Assembly (NCBI GenBank): GCA_963816385.1
Contig: CAWFKL010000007.1
Coordinates: forward strand, 1,009 to 65,008
DNA length: 64,000 nt
Reading direction: 5' to 3'
DNA from: an uncultured Actinomycetota bacterium
Lineage (GTDB): Bacteria; Actinomycetota; Actinomycetes; Actinomycetales; Dermatophilaceae
Every line of letters begins with the position of its first letter. The stretch's first letter is position 1. Both the position numbers and the translations under genes were made by a program. Shown one piece after another: positions 1-10,683 of the stretch. The notes beneath the pieces were generated by a model. That model did no database searches and was not told the DNA's origin. It saw only the letters and a list, made by a program, of their open reading frames with translations.

Positions 1-768
1 GTCGGCGTACGGGACGACGACGTACCGGGCACCACCCGACGACGTGGTCCCCCCCCGGGTCGAACTCCTTGCCGAGGCCGGTGACGTGCAGCACCTGGAT
101 GCCGGCGTCCCCGAGCTGGGTGACCCGGGCCCGGAAGGCCTCGTTGAGCCGCAGGGCACCGAGCGAGCCGCCCGTGACGAGAACGGTCGTGCGGTCGGCG
201 TCGAGCCCGAAGAGCTCGGCTGCCTCGGGGCGCGACGCGGCGCGGTCGAGGGTGGCGACCTCGCGCCGCAGCGGCATGCCGATGCGTCTGGCGTGCGACA
301 GCGACGTGCCGGAGAAGGTGGTCGCCACGTGGGCGCTCCAGCGCGCCCCGAGGCGGTTGGCGATGCCGGCCCGGGCGTTCTGCTCGTGCACCACGATCGG
401 CACTCGGCGGCGCCGCGCGGCCACGTAGGCGGGACACTGACGTAGCCGCCGAAGCCGACGACGACCTGCGCCGACGTCTCGTCGATCGCCGCACCGGCCG
501 CCGCGACCGCGGCGCGCAGGTTGCCCGGGAGCCTGAGCAGGTCACCGCTCGGGCGCCGCGGCAGCGGCACCTTGGGCACGAAGCGCAGCTCGATCCCGCG
601 GGCGGGGACGAGCCGCGCCTCGAGACCTTCACGGGTGCCGAGCGCGGTGACCCGCGCGTCCGGGTGGCGCCGGCGCAGCGCGTCGGCGAGGGAGAGCAGT
701 GGGGACACGTGTCCGGCGCTGCCTCCTCCCGCGAGCAGGACGGAGGTGGGGGTGGACAGCGTGATCAC
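1..768 (-). CDS. murG: MurG (lipid I to lipid II GlcNAc transferase). The 3' end runs off the window. There is an apparent +1 frameshift in a C8 run at 50-57.
   Basis: My own translation of the minus strand from the GTG at 768-766 gives [45 protein letters not shown]...[39 protein letters not shown]. This shows the MurG G-loop and GT28 core. The start overlaps the ftsW stop as GTGA, and the position fits dcw gene order. It is absent from the ORF track because its stop lies outside the window. Confidence 0.85.
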   Translation of the reverse strand, partial: MITLSTPTSVLLAGGGSAGHVSPLLSLADALRRRHPDARVTALGTREGLEARLVPARGIELRFVPKVPLPRRPSGDLLRLPGNLRAAVAAAGAAIDETSAQVVVGFGGYVSVPPTWPRGAAECRSWCTSRTPGPASPTASGRAGAPTWRPPSPARRCRTPDASACRCGARSPPSTAPRRAPRQPSSSGSTPTARPFSSRAARSVPCGSTRPSGPGSPSSGTPASRCCTSPASARSSTRGGTTSSGGARYVVVPYAD

Positions 769-2037
769 CGACCCCTGCGACGTGGCGCGACCCCACGGGG
801 TCGCGAGGGGAGCACGGCCAGCGACCGGCGCAGCATGCTCGGACGCGCGGCGAGCAGCGAGCTGCAGCCGGGCTCGTTGCGGGCGAAGGACAGCAGGATG
901 CCGAGCGCGAGCAGCGTCGTCACGAGCGACGAGCCGCCCGCGGAGACGAGCGGCAACGGCACGCCGATGACCGGGAAGAGCCCGATGACGGCACCGATGT
1001 TGATGATCGCCTGTCCCAGGAGCCAGGCCATGATGCCGACACCCGCTATCCGGACGAAGCGGTCCTGGGTGCGGCTGACGAGCCGGTAGCAGGCCCAGGC
1101 GAGCACGGCGAAGAGCGCGAGGATCATCAGCGTGCCGGGCAGTCCGAGCTCCTCGCCGATGATGGCGAAGATGAAGTCGTTGTGCGCCTCGGAGAGCCAC
1201 TCCCACTTCTCCTTCGACGCCCCGAGCCCGACGCCCCACCAGCCGCCGTCGGCCAGGGCGTACATTCCGTGCACCGACTGACCGCAGTAGCCGTCGGGGT
1301 CGGACTGGCACGCCGGGTTGAAGAAGTTGCCGATGCGGTCCATGCGGTTGTTGCTGCCGGCCACGAGGAACGCGACGCCCGCGGCGGCGAAGAGGGCACC
1401 GATGGCGAAGATCCGCTTCGGAGCGCCGGCGACGGCGAGGACCGCCGCGATGATGACGAGGAACACCATCGCGGTGCCGAGGTCGTGGCCGGCCAGGACG
1501 AGGGCGAGCACGATCGCGGAGATCGGCACGAGATAGGGCAGCACGACATGCAGCAGGCTCGTCATCCGCGCTGACTTGTTGGCGAAGATCATCGCGCCGA
1601 CGAGGACGAGCGCGACCTTTGCGAACTCGGACGGCTGCACCTGGACCGGGCCGAGCGCGAGCCAGTTGCGGTTGCCGTTGATCATCTTGCCGAAGGGGAT
1701 GACCGCGGCGAGCAGGGCCACCGAGACGACGAGCATCGGGAAGGCGAGGCGCTTCCACCACCGCACGTCGAGGCGGCTGGCGAGCGCCGCCCCGAGGCCA
1801 CCGACGACGGCGAAGAGCAGCTGACGCAGGAAGACCGTGTAGGAGGCCTGGTCGGCGAGCAGCGACTCGACGCTCGACGCGGAGAAGACCATGACCAGAC
1901 CGATGACGACGAGTGCCCCGGTCGCCCCGAGCAGCAGGTAGTACGTCGTGAGCGGCGACTCGAGCTTGCCGATGATGGGTCGCGCGAGGCCGGCCGTCGT
2001 GACGTCCCGCGGCCGACCTCTCCGTCGTAGCGCTCAC
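765..2037 (-). CDS. ftsW: FtsW, SEDS-family cell-division peptidoglycan polymerase. The N-terminus can only be reached through a frame change.
   Basis: ORF 765-1892 is multi-TM and carries SEDS-like ...[34 protein letters not shown].... The in-frame codons upstream ([47 protein letters not shown]) complete TM1. They contain no ATG/GTG/TTG back to the murD stop. A GTG at 2037-2035 overlaps the murD TGA (GTGA) in the neighbouring frame. The span 765-2037 is 1273 nt, which is 3n+1. Confidence 0.85.
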
Positions 2038-3525
2038 TCCAGGCCGCCGTAGGACTCGGCGTGCCTGCGGACCGCCTCCTCGAAGGCGTCGCCCCGCGCA
2101 CCGTAGTTGGTGAACATGTCCATCGACGCGGCCGCAGGGGCGAGCAGCACGACGTCGCCGGGCTGGGCGAGCCGCGCTGCGTGCGTGACGACACGGTCCA
2201 TGACCCCAGTGTCGGTGTCGGGCACGTCGATGATGCGGACATCGGGTGCGTGTCGGGAAAGGGCGTCGGCGATCTGGGCCCGGTCGGCGCCGATCAGCAC
2301 GACGCCGCGCAACCGGGAGGCCATCTCCTCGACAAGGCTGTCGACGTCGGCGCCCTTGAGCAGGCCGCCAGCGACCCAGACGACCGAGTCGAAGGAGCGG
2401 ATCGCCGCAGCGGCCGCGTGCGGGTTGGTCGCCTTGGAGTCGTTGACGAACCGGACGCCTCCCACCGTCGCGATCTCGGCGATGCGGTGCCGGTCGGGCC
2501 GGAAGGCGCGCAGACCGTCGCGCACGGCGATCGGGCCGACCCCGTAGGCGCGCGCGAGCGCGGCCGCCGCGAGGGCGTTGGCGACGTAGTGCGGCGGCGG
2601 GGGTGGCCCGTCCCCCTGCAGGTCGGCGAGCGTGCAGAGCTCGGCCGCCGACCGCTGCCGCTGCTCGACGAAGGCGCGGTCGGCGAGGACGTCATCCACC
2701 ACGCCGATCATCGACGGCGCCGGTATGCCGGTCGTGAAGCCGATCGCACGACAGCCCTCCACGACGTTCGCCTCCATGACGAGCTGCTCCGTCTGGAGGT
2801 CCGCGACGTTGTAGATGCAGGCGAGATGGGTGTTCTCGTAGATCCTGCCCTTGGCGCGGAGGTACTCCGCGTAGCCGCCGTGCCAGTCGAGGTGGTCGGG
2901 AGCGACGTTGAGCACGGCCGACGCGACGGCGGAGATCGAGCGCTGCCAGTGCAGCTGGAAGCTCGACAGCTCGACGGCCAGCACGTCGTAGGGCTCGGGG
3001 TGCAGCACCGCCTCGAGGAGCGGCGTGCCGATGTTGCCGGCGCTGGTCGCACGCAGGCCGCCCGCCCGCAGGATCGAGGCGAGCATGCCGACCGTGGTGG
3101 TCTTGCCGTTCGTCCCGGTCACCGTGAGCCACGGCGCCGCGCCCTCCTCGGCGCGCATCCGCCACGCGAGCTCGACCTCCCCCCAGACCGGGATGCCGGA
3201 CGTCGCGGCAGCTAGCATCAACGGGTCGTGCGGCGGCACGCCCGGCGACGTGACGACGAGCTGGGTCCCGGGCGGCGCCTCGACGACGTGCTCCGGGCCC
3301 AGACGCACATCCAGCGCCGAGGATCTCGAGGATCGTCGCGCGCTCCGTGATCGTCTCGGTGACGTCGCGCGACACGGCGGTCACCATCGCCCCCCGCTCG
3401 GCGAGCGCGTCGGCGGCGGCGAAGCCGGAGACCCCGAGGCCGACGACGAGCACGTCGATGCCGGACCAGTCGGCGTCGCGGTGGGTCAGGCCCTCGCGCG
3501 GCTCGTAGGTCGGGTCGAAGGTCAC
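2034..3525 (-). CDS. murD: MurD, UDP-MurNAc-L-Ala:D-Glu ligase. Apparent +1 frameshift near 3305-3312.
   Basis: ORF 2034-3308 carries [19 protein letters not shown] (Mur ligase P-loop). The N-terminal Rossmann part ([51 protein letters not shown]...ILEILGA) sits in the frame of ORF 2692-4017. The GTG at 3525 overlaps the mraY stop (GTGA). The span is 1492 nt, which is 3n+1. Confidence 0.9.
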
Positions 3526-4607
3526 TGTGAGCCCACCACCCACTCGGCGTAGAAGATGCCGAGGCCGAGCGCGACGAAGAGGCCGGCGATGATCCAGAAG
3601 CGGACGACGACGGTGACCTCGTTCCAGCCCACCATCTCGAAGTGGTGGTGGAGCGGCGCCATGCGCAGCACCCGTTTGCCGGTCGTCTTGAACGACGCCA
3701 CCTGCGCGACCACCGACAGCGTCTCGAGCACGAACATGCCGCCGAGGACGATGAGGAGGAGCTCCGTGTGGGTCGTGATCGCGAGCCCGGCGAGCGCACC
3801 GCCGAGGGCGAGCGACCCGGTGTCGCCCATGAAGATCTTGGCCGGCGTCGCGTTCCACCAGAGGAAGCCGAAGCAGGCGCCCATGCCTGCGGCCGCGACC
3901 AGCGCGAGGTCGTGCGAGTCGCGCACTTCGTAGCACTTGATGCCGGGGTTGGTCTGGCAGTTCTGGTTGAACGTCCAGATGCTGATGAGGACATACGCGC
4001 CGAAGACCATGGTGCACACGCCGGTCGCGAGGCCGTCGAGACCATCGGTGAGGTTCACCCCGTTGGAGGCGCCGGCGATCATGACGTTGGCGAAGAGCAC
4101 GAACAGCACGACGCCGACGACGGTGCTGCCGCCGAGCGCGAGGCTGATGTTCGTGTCGCGGACGAACGAGACGAGCAGCGAGGCAGGAGTGCGGTACTGG
4201 TCGTTGGGGAACTGAAGCGCGAGACCGGCGAAGACGATCCCGACCAAGGTCTGTCCGATGAGCTTCTCCCTCGACCGGAGACCCAGGCTGCGCTGCTTGC
4301 TGATCTTGATGAAGTCGTCGAGGAAGCCGATGAAGCCGAGACCAGCCATGAGGAAGAGGACGAGCAGACCGCTCGCCGTCGGCGGGTTGAGCATGAAGAG
4401 GTGGGCGAGCAGGTAGGCGCCCAGGGTGGCCGCGAGGATGACCGCGCCGCCCATCGTGGGCGTGCCGCGCTTGGTGTGATGCGAGGTCGGGCCATCGTCG
4501 CGGATGAACTGCCCGTAGCCGCGCTTGACGAGGAACTTGATGAAGAGCGGGGTGCCGAACAGCGAGATGAGCAGCGAGAACGACGCTGCGAGAAGGACGC
4601 CCTTCAC
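3522..4607 (-). CDS. mraY: MraY, phospho-N-acetylmuramoyl-pentapeptide transferase
   Basis: Intact 361-aa multi-TM ORF with [54 protein letters not shown] and ...[13 protein letters not shown].... Position fits dcw order, and both ends overlap the neighbouring genes by 4 nt. Confidence 0.95.
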   Translation of the reverse strand: MKGVLLAASFSLLISLFGTPLFIKFLVKRGYGQFIRDDGPTSHHTKRGTPTMGGAVILAATLGAYLLAHLFMLNPPTASGLLVLFLMAGLGFIGFLDDFIKISKQRSLGLRSREKLIGQTLVGIVFAGLALQFPNDQYRTPASLLVSFVRDTNISLALGGSTVVGVVLFVLFANVMIAGASNGVNLTDGLDGLATGVCTMVFGAYVLISIWTFNQNCQTNPGIKCYEVRDSHDLALVAAAGMGACFGFLWWNATPAKIFMGDTGSLALGGALAGLAITTHTELLLIVLGGMFVLETLSVVAQVASFKTTGKRVLRMAPLHHHFEMVGWNEVTVVVRFWIIAGLFVALGLGIFYAEWVVGSQ

Positions 4608-5989
4608 GACGTGGTCACCTTCTCGTCGAGACCCGCGAGCCGGTCGCCGAGCCAGCGCAACCCGCTGTCACGGCTGGACTTGAGGAGCACGACGTCGCCG
4701 GCCACGACCTGCTCCTCGATCAACCTCTGGGCCGCGTCGGTGTCGGCCAGCCACTGCGCGCCCGGGAACGCGGCCGCGACGGGCCTGGCCCCCTCCCCGA
4801 CGGCCACGAGCCTGTCGAAGCCCAGCCGGGCGGCATACGCGCCCACGGCCTCGTGCTCTGCGTCGCTGTCGGCGCCGAGCTCGAGCATGCCGCCGAGGAC
4901 GGCCCAGCGCCTGCCCGTGACGGCCATCGCGGCCACGGCGTCGAGTGCCGCACGCACCGAGTCAGGGTTGGCGTTGTAGGCGTCATTGACGACGAGGACG
5001 CCATCGGGTCGCTCGGTGAGCTCCATCCGCCAGCGGCTGGCGGCGTCGGCGGCGGAGAGCCCGGCGCAGACCTGGTCGAGCGACAGGCCGAGCTCGAGGG
5101 CTGCGGCGGCGGCGGCGAGCGAGTTGCCGATGTGATGGGCTCCGCTCTGTCGCAGGGTGACCCGCGCGGTGCCCTGCGGGCACACGAGGGTGTATGCCGC
5201 CCTGCCGCGCTCGTCGAGGACGACGTCGTCGGCGCGGACGTCGGCATCGGGCGACAGCCCGACGAGCTGCACGCGGCAGGCCAACCCGTCGCCCATCGCG
5301 GCAACGATCGGGTCGTCGGCGTTGAGGACCGCGAGGCCCTCGGCGGGCACCGCCTGTGGCAGCTCGGCCTTGGCTACGGCGATGTTGGCCCGGGAGCCGA
5401 ACTGGCCGACGTGGGCGCTGCCCACGTTGAGCACGATGCCCACCTGTGGCGGCGCGATCCGCGTGAGGTAGGCGATGTGGCCGATGCCCCGGGCGCCCAT
5501 CTCGGCGACGAGGAAGCGCGTCGCCGGCGTGACACGGCACACCGTGAGCGGCACTCCGATCTCACCGTTCAGGCTGTTGACCGGTGCGACCGTCTCAGCC
5601 ACGGACGACAGCACCGAGGCGAGCAGGTCCTTGGTGGAGGTCTTGCCCGAGCTGCCCGTGATGCCGACGACCCGGAGCTCCGGGGCCCGGTCGACGACGC
5701 CACGCGCAACCGCGCCGAAGGCGGTCTGCACGTCCTCGACGACGACCTGAGCGGCTCCCTGCACGGGTCGCGACACGAGGGCAGCGACGGCACCGGCGCG
5801 GACGGCGGAGTCGATGTAGGCGTGCCCGTCGGCGTGCTCACCGATCCGGGCGACGTAGAGACTGCCGGGGGTGCAGTCGCGCGAGTCGGTGGTGACGACA
5901 CCGTCGACGACGACGTCGTCAGGTGCGTCGCAGCCGACGACGCGCCCGCCGGTGAGGTCACGGATCTCGGCGAGGGTCAGCCCGATCAC
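4604..5989 (-). CDS. murF: MurF, UDP-MurNAc-tripeptide:D-Ala-D-Ala ligase
   Basis: Intact 461-aa ORF with the Mur ligase P-loop [21 protein letters not shown]. It lies between murE and mraY. Confidence 0.9.
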   Translation of the reverse strand: MIGLTLAEIRDLTGGRVVGCDAPDDVVVDGVVTTDSRDCTPGSLYVARIGEHADGHAYIDSAVRAGAVAALVSRPVQGAAQVVVEDVQTAFGAVARGVVDRAPELRVVGITGSSGKTSTKDLLASVLSSVAETVAPVNSLNGEIGVPLTVCRVTPATRFLVAEMGARGIGHIAYLTRIAPPQVGIVLNVGSAHVGQFGSRANIAVAKAELPQAVPAEGLAVLNADDPIVAAMGDGLACRVQLVGLSPDADVRADDVVLDERGRAAYTLVCPQGTARVTLRQSGAHHIGNSLAAAAAALELGLSLDQVCAGLSAADAASRWRMELTERPDGVLVVNDAYNANPDSVRAALDAVAAMAVTGRRWAVLGGMLELGADSDAEHEAVGAYAARLGFDRLVAVGEGARPVAAAFPGAQWLADTDAAQRLIEEQVVAGDVVLLKSSRDSGLRWLGDRLAGLDEKVTTS

Positions 5990-7620
5990 AGGCCCACACC
6001 GGCCCTCGCGGCCACGAGGGCGGCGCGCACGGCCTCCCGGTCGTCGAACGGATGCTTCACTCCGTGGATCTCCTGACCCTTCTCGTGTCCCTTGCCGAGC
6101 ACGACGACGGTGTCGACGGCGTCGCGCGAGCCGGCACCGAGGACGGCGATGGCGACGGCCTCGGAGATCGCGCTGGAGCGCGACCCGCCGTCGATGATCT
6201 CAGTCGCTCGGGCGCGACCCGACGCCACGCTCTGACGGGCCCCCGCGATGACGGCGGTGCGAATGTCGGCAGCGGCCTCGGAGCGCGGGTTGTCGTCGGT
6301 GACGACGACGATGTCGGCGCGGCGCGCGGCGGCAGCTCCCATCCCCGGCCGCTTGCCACGGTCCCGGTCACCACCTGCGCCCAGCACGGCGATCAGCCGG
6401 CCGGACGTGCTCGGTCGCAGCGCCTTGAGGGCCGCGTCGACGGCATCGGGGGTGTGGGCGAAGTCGACGATGCAGCGGGGACCGCCCCGGCCACCGGGCG
6501 ACACGACCTCCATCCGGCCGGGCACGTCGGGAGGCACGGCAAGGGCCTGCTCGACCTCGCGCACGCTGAGGCCGAGCGTGAGCAGGGCCAGTGCGGCGAG
6601 GGCGGTGTTGGCGACGTTGAACTGACCGGGCAGGTGCGAGACGAGGGAGATCACCCGCTGACCTGAGGTCTCGCGCACGGTGAAGGCTCCGGAAGCGTCC
6701 TCGTCGACCACCCAGTCGGCAGGCGGGGCGGCGTCAACGGCGTCCACGTCGCCTGCGCCTGCGCGGTGCCGTTCGCCGGGGGCCTGCGAGGCGAAGGTCG
6801 TCGTCGGCACGTGCGACTGACTGGCCAGGCGGGCCCCCCACGCGTCGTCGACGCAGACCACGGCAGCACGCGATCGGTCGGGGGTGAAGAGCGAGGCCTT
6901 GGCGGCGTAGTAGTCGTCCATCGTCGCGTGGAAGTCGAGGTGGTCCTGCGAGAGATTGGTGAAGAGTGCCACGTCGTAGACGACGCCGTCGACGCGGCGC
7001 AGCTCCAGCGCGTGGCTCGATACCTCCATGACGCAGTCATCGACGCCGCGCTCGAGCATGAGGCCGAGAAGCGCGTGCAGGTCGGTGGCCTCGGGCGTCG
7101 TGCGCTCGGAGTCCAGCCGAGTGTCGCCGATGCGCGTCTCCACCGTCCCGATGAGACCCGTGCGCCGGCCGTGGGCCCGCAGCGCCGACTCGAGCAGGTA
7201 TGCCGTCGTCGTCTTGCCGTTGGTGCCCGTCACCCCCAGCATCGTCAGCTTCTCGGCCGGGCGGCCGTAGACCGTCGCCGCGATCTCGCCGAGGACGTCG
7301 CGGGGCCGGTCCGCGAGCAGGACGGGCACCCCCGTGTCCTGGGCCCGCGCGAGGCCGGGGGCGTCGGTGAGGACCGCGACGGCGCCGGCCGCGACGGACT
7401 GGACCGAGAAGTCCGCACCGTGCACGTTGAAGCCCGGGAGGGCGGCATACAGGTCACCGGGAAGGACGGAACGGCTGTCGAGCGTGACGCCGGTGACGAC
7501 CACCCCTTCGGCCCCAGGGCCTCCAGCGGCGATGCGGACGGCGTCGCCAACCCGGGTCCTGGACGTCAGGTGGCGCAGCGGCACACCCGGCGTGGCGGGT
7601 CGAAGGGGGGAAGGTGACAC
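5986..7620 (-). CDS. murE: MurE, UDP-MurNAc-L-Ala-D-Glu:diamino-acid ligase
   Basis: Intact 544-aa ORF with the P-loop [21 protein letters not shown] and Mur ligase middle and C-terminal domains. Position fits dcw order. Confidence 0.9.
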   Translation of the reverse strand: MSPSPLRPATPGVPLRHLTSRTRVGDAVRIAAGGPGAEGVVVTGVTLDSRSVLPGDLYAALPGFNVHGADFSVQSVAAGAVAVLTDAPGLARAQDTGVPVLLADRPRDVLGEIAATVYGRPAEKLTMLGVTGTNGKTTTAYLLESALRAHGRRTGLIGTVETRIGDTRLDSERTTPEATDLHALLGLMLERGVDDCVMEVSSHALELRRVDGVVYDVALFTNLSQDHLDFHATMDDYYAAKASLFTPDRSRAAVVCVDDAWGARLASQSHVPTTTFASQAPGERHRAGAGDVDAVDAAPPADWVVDEDASGAFTVRETSGQRVISLVSHLPGQFNVANTALAALALLTLGLSVREVEQALAVPPDVPGRMEVVSPGGRGGPRCIVDFAHTPDAVDAALKALRPSTSGRLIAVLGAGGDRDRGKRPGMGAAAARRADIVVVTDDNPRSEAAADIRTAVIAGARQSVASGRARATEIIDGGSRSSAISEAVAIAVLGAGSRDAVDTVVVLGKGHEKGQEIHGVKHPFDDREAVRAALVAARAGVGL

Positions 7621-7631
7621 GTCATCCCAAC

Positions 7632-9863
7632 TTACAGGCCATCCCGCTTGGCCCGAGCATTGCTGATGACGGTCGGGTCGTTCTCGGACAGCGGCTTCGT
7701 GGCCCAGACGTGGTAGTCAAGGTCGGACTTGGTGCTGGGTGGTGCGCTGGTGCGCTCGAGCAGGTAGCTCATCACCTGGTTGAAGACCGGTCCGGCGAGC
7801 ATGCCACCGAACATGCCGGCACTGGGCTTCTGGATGTAGACGCCCACGACGTACTTCGGGTTGTCAGCCGGGGCGTAACCGATGAACGAGGCGGTGAAGC
7901 CGTTGTAGCCCTTGACCTTCTCGTCGTAGCGGTCGGCCGTGCCGGTCTTGCCGGCGACGCGGTAGCCCTTGATGCGGGCCGCACTCGCCGTGCCGTTCTC
8001 GCCGGTGACCTCCTCCATCATCCTCGACAGCTTCGTTGCCGTGTCCTCGGTGACGACCCGGACCGGCGTCCGGGCCGGCGCGGCCAGGAAGTTGCCGTTG
8101 TCGTCGACGGTGCCCTCGATGAGCGACGGCGGCACCCGGACGCCCTTGTTGGCGATCGTCGCGAACACGCTCGTCGCCTGGACCGCCGTGAGCGAGTAGC
8201 CCTGGCCGAAGAGGAGCGTGTAGCGCTGCGCCGCGTTCCACTTGGCCGACGGCGCCAGCTGCCCGGCGGACTCGCCGGGGAAGCCGACCGGCGTCCTCTG
8301 CCCGATGCCGAACTTGCGGTAGTAGGACTCCAGCACGGACGGGTCGACGCGCTCACCGATGAGCATCGTGCCCATGTTGGAGGACTTCGCGATGACGCCC
8401 GTCGCCGTCATGTACTCCACTCCGTGGGGCTCGTTGTCCTTGAAGCGGATCCCGGCTCGCGGCAGCCGCACCGGCACGATGACGCCGGTGTCGGGCGTCA
8501 CGACCTTCTCCTCGAGGGCAGTGGCCATCGTCATCAGCTTGCCCGTGGAGCCGGGCTCGAAGGCCTCCCAGAACGCCCGGTTCGCGAGGTTGCTCTTCGA
8601 GGCGGCCGGGTCGTTGGAGTCGTACGTCGGGTAGCTCGCGGACGCCCGGATCTTGCCGGTCGCCGCCTCGATGACGACGGCCGTGCCGGACTGCGCGCCG
8701 ACCGCGGTGACCTGCTTGGCGAGGGCGTTCTGGGTGTACCACTGCAGGTCGGCGTCGATCGTCAGCTTGACGTCGCGTCCGTTGACGACGGGGGTGTCGA
8801 CCCGCTGCGAGCCGGGGATGACGTACCCGTCCCGCGCCCGCTCCGCCACGGCGCGGCCCGGCGTGCCGGCGAGGGTGCTGTCGAGCATCGCCTCAACGCC
8901 AGCAGCGCCTTGCTGGGTCGCCTGGTTGACGAACCCTACGATCTCGCCCGCGGCCATCGCGGTGGGATAGATCCGGTCGGCTGTCTTCTGCCCGCTGATG
9001 CCCGGGATGCCGAGAGCCCTGACCTCTCGGTAGACGGCCGGGTTGACGTCCTTCTTGACGATCGAGTAGAGCGTGTTCGGTCGGCTGAGGACCTTGGTCA
9101 GCGCGGCTTCGTCCATACCGAGCAGGGGTGACAGCGCAGCCGCTGCACCCGCGACGCCGACGTCCCGGGCCTCACCGTCGACGGTGAGGGAGTACTCCTT
9201 GACGGCCTTCGGGTTGGCCGCGATCGTGTAGCGCTCGACGGAGTCCGCGAGCACCTGGCCGTTCGTGTCGAGGATCTGGCCCCGCATCGCGGGGGTGAGG
9301 GTCTTGACGAGCCGCTTGGTCAAGGCCGCCGCCTGCGTCGCCGAGGCGTCGAACGCCTGGATGCGCAGGAGCTGGCCGGCGAAGACGGTGAAGATGACGA
9401 GGATCGCGGCGAACATGACGCGGGCACGGCGCCGCGGGTTCGCGGTCGAGATGCGGAGGCGACGACGGCGTCGCCGCGGCGGACGAGGGGAGGCCGAGCG
9501 CTTCGGGGCGGGTCCGCGGCCTGCACCTGCCGTTGTCGACCGCGCATCGGTGCGGCGGACTCGACTGCTGGCGGTGCGTCCGGCCGCGGCCTGCCCAGAC
9601 TTCGACGAGCGCCCGGTCGATGAAGGTCCCGCGGCCGAACGTCCCGTGGCCGCGCGGCCGGTGGCGGAACCGCCGGTGGTCGAACTGCCGGTGGTCGAAC
9701 GGCCGGTCGCCGGGCGCGGGTCCCGCGGTGAGGTGGCCGAGGCCGCGCTCCGGGTCGTTCCCGCCCCCTTCACGCGAGGTGCGGCGGGCGTCCTGCCAGC
9801 GCGCCCGGCGACGGCGGCGCGGCTGTCGGGTCGGCCCTGCTGGAAGCCTCGGGTCGGCGTCAC
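7632..9863 (-). CDS. ftsI: FtsI-type class B penicillin-binding protein (division transpeptidase) with a roughly 150-aa Arg/Ser/Thr/Gly-rich N-terminal tail
   Basis: Transpeptidase motifs STGK (GSTGKLMT), SSN (AKSSNMG) and KTGT (AGKTGTA) are present, with a TM helix MFAAILVIFTVFAGQLL. I place the start at the GTG at 9863-9861, 4 nt after the ftsL stop. The 842-aa track ORF extends further only by reading through ftsL out of frame. Confidence 0.85.
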   Translation of the reverse strand: MTPTRGFQQGRPDSRAAVAGRAGRTPAAPRVKGAGTTRSAASATSPRDPRPATGRSTTGSSTTGGSATGRAATGRSAAGPSSTGRSSKSGQAAAGRTASSRVRRTDARSTTAGAGRGPAPKRSASPRPPRRRRRRLRISTANPRRRARVMFAAILVIFTVFAGQLLRIQAFDASATQAAALTKRLVKTLTPAMRGQILDTNGQVLADSVERYTIAANPKAVKEYSLTVDGEARDVGVAGAAAALSPLLGMDEAALTKVLSRPNTLYSIVKKDVNPAVYREVRALGIPGISGQKTADRIYPTAMAAGEIVGFVNQATQQGAAGVEAMLDSTLAGTPGRAVAERARDGYVIPGSQRVDTPVVNGRDVKLTIDADLQWYTQNALAKQVTAVGAQSGTAVVIEAATGKIRASASYPTYDSNDPAASKSNLANRAFWEAFEPGSTGKLMTMATALEEKVVTPDTGVIVPVRLPRAGIRFKDNEPHGVEYMTATGVIAKSSNMGTMLIGERVDPSVLESYYRKFGIGQRTPVGFPGESAGQLAPSAKWNAAQRYTLLFGQGYSLTAVQATSVFATIANKGVRVPPSLIEGTVDDNGNFLAAPARTPVRVVTEDTATKLSRMMEEVTGENGTASAARIKGYRVAGKTGTADRYDEKVKGYNGFTASFIGYAPADNPKYVVGVYIQKPSAGMFGGMLAGPVFNQVMSYLLERTSAPPSTKSDLDYHVWATKPLSENDPTVISNARAKRDGL

Positions 9864-9867
9864 GCTG

Positions 9868-10683
9868 TCACCTCGCGGTCGTCGGGGCGGTCCCGGTGGA
9901 CGGGTCGGCGGTCGCCCCCAGTGTGGCCGTGCCCCCTGCCGTTCCCGTGGCACCCGTGGAGCTCGGCGTGGCGCCCGGCGTCGAACCAGGGGTCGACCCA
10001 GGGGTCGTCGCAGGGGTCGTCGCCCCCGGGGTGACGCCCGGGGTCGCGGCGGGGGTCGCGCCCGGAGCCGGCACGCCCGCTGCCTCCGCCTTCTTCTTCT
10101 GGTCTGCTGCCGCCTTGGCGGCCGCCGCTGCCGACGCTGCCGCGGCTGCTGCGGCTGCACGCTCGGCCGCCTTCGCGGCCGAGGTCTGCGCCCTGGTCGC
10201 GACCGACGTGGCCGACTTCAGCACGCTCTTGACCTTCTTGGTGACCGCGAGGGGCATCGGGCTCGTGACGATGGTGACTGCGAGAGCCTTCGTCGCGGGC
10301 TCTGCCTCCCCGGTGACCTTGCCCGTGCGCAGGTCGATGTACGCGCGCCGGTTCATCCGCACCATGCCGAGCTGCGAGGCGCTGCGGGCCAGGGCGCCAC
10401 TCGCGGATGCCCGGTCGATGTCCTCCTGCAGGTTGCTCGCCGCGTCGGTGAGCCGTGCCGAGTCACGCTGCAGCTGACCGACACCGAGGGAGCCCTGGGC
10501 GAGGGCGGTGTTGAGCAGGAGCAGGGCGATGAGCCCGGCCGTGAGCATCACGATGCACAGCGTGGCGAAGGCCCCGTTGCCGCTGCTGCCGATCCGAGCC
10601 GGCAGGACGCGCAACGGCGAGACCGGCGCCGCGCTCCGTCGTGGGGCCCGGAGCGGGCGGGCTGTGGCGGTCATCTGGCTCAT
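9868..10683 (-). CDS. ftsL: FtsL-like single-pass division protein with a long Ala/Lys then Pro/Thr/Gly-rich C-terminal tail
   Basis: The ATG at 10683 overlaps the rsmH stop (ATGA). The sequence [14 protein letters not shown]...[58 protein letters not shown] gives a TM helix plus a coiled-coil-like segment. It lies in the rsmH-ftsI slot. Sequence conservation in this family is weak, so the call rests mainly on position and architecture. Confidence 0.6.
   Translation of the reverse strand: MSQMTATARPLRAPRRSAAPVSPLRVLPARIGSSGNGAFATLCIVMLTAGLIALLLLNTALAQGSLGVGQLQRDSARLTDAASNLQEDIDRASASGALARSASQLGMVRMNRRAYIDLRTGKVTGEAEPATKALAVTIVTSPMPLAVTKKVKSVLKSATSVATRAQTSAAKAAERAAAAAAAASAAAAAKAAADQKKKAEAAGVPAPGATPAATPGVTPGATTPATTPGSTPGSTPGATPSSTGATGTAGGTATLGATADPSTGTAPTTAR

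Noticed and set aside
3642-4979. 445-aa plus-strand ORF opposite mraY/murF
   Set aside because: It is antisense to two unmistakable genes. The product is Arg/Glu/Asp/Gly-rich low-complexity sequence with no motifs. This is a typical shadow ORF of high-G+C DNA, where stop codons are rare in all frames.
7614-9131. 505-aa plus-strand ORF opposite ftsI
   Set aside because: It is a shadow ORF antisense to the PBP gene, with no recognisable domain. The same reasoning applies to 765-970, 2061-3215, 4853-6076 and 6766-7617.
9864-10160. N-terminal 99 codons of the 842-aa ORF 7632-10160 ([13 protein letters not shown]...)
   Set aside because: This part overlaps the 3' end of ftsL in another frame. 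A GTG at 9863, right after the ftsL stop, gives the expected tandem arrangement.
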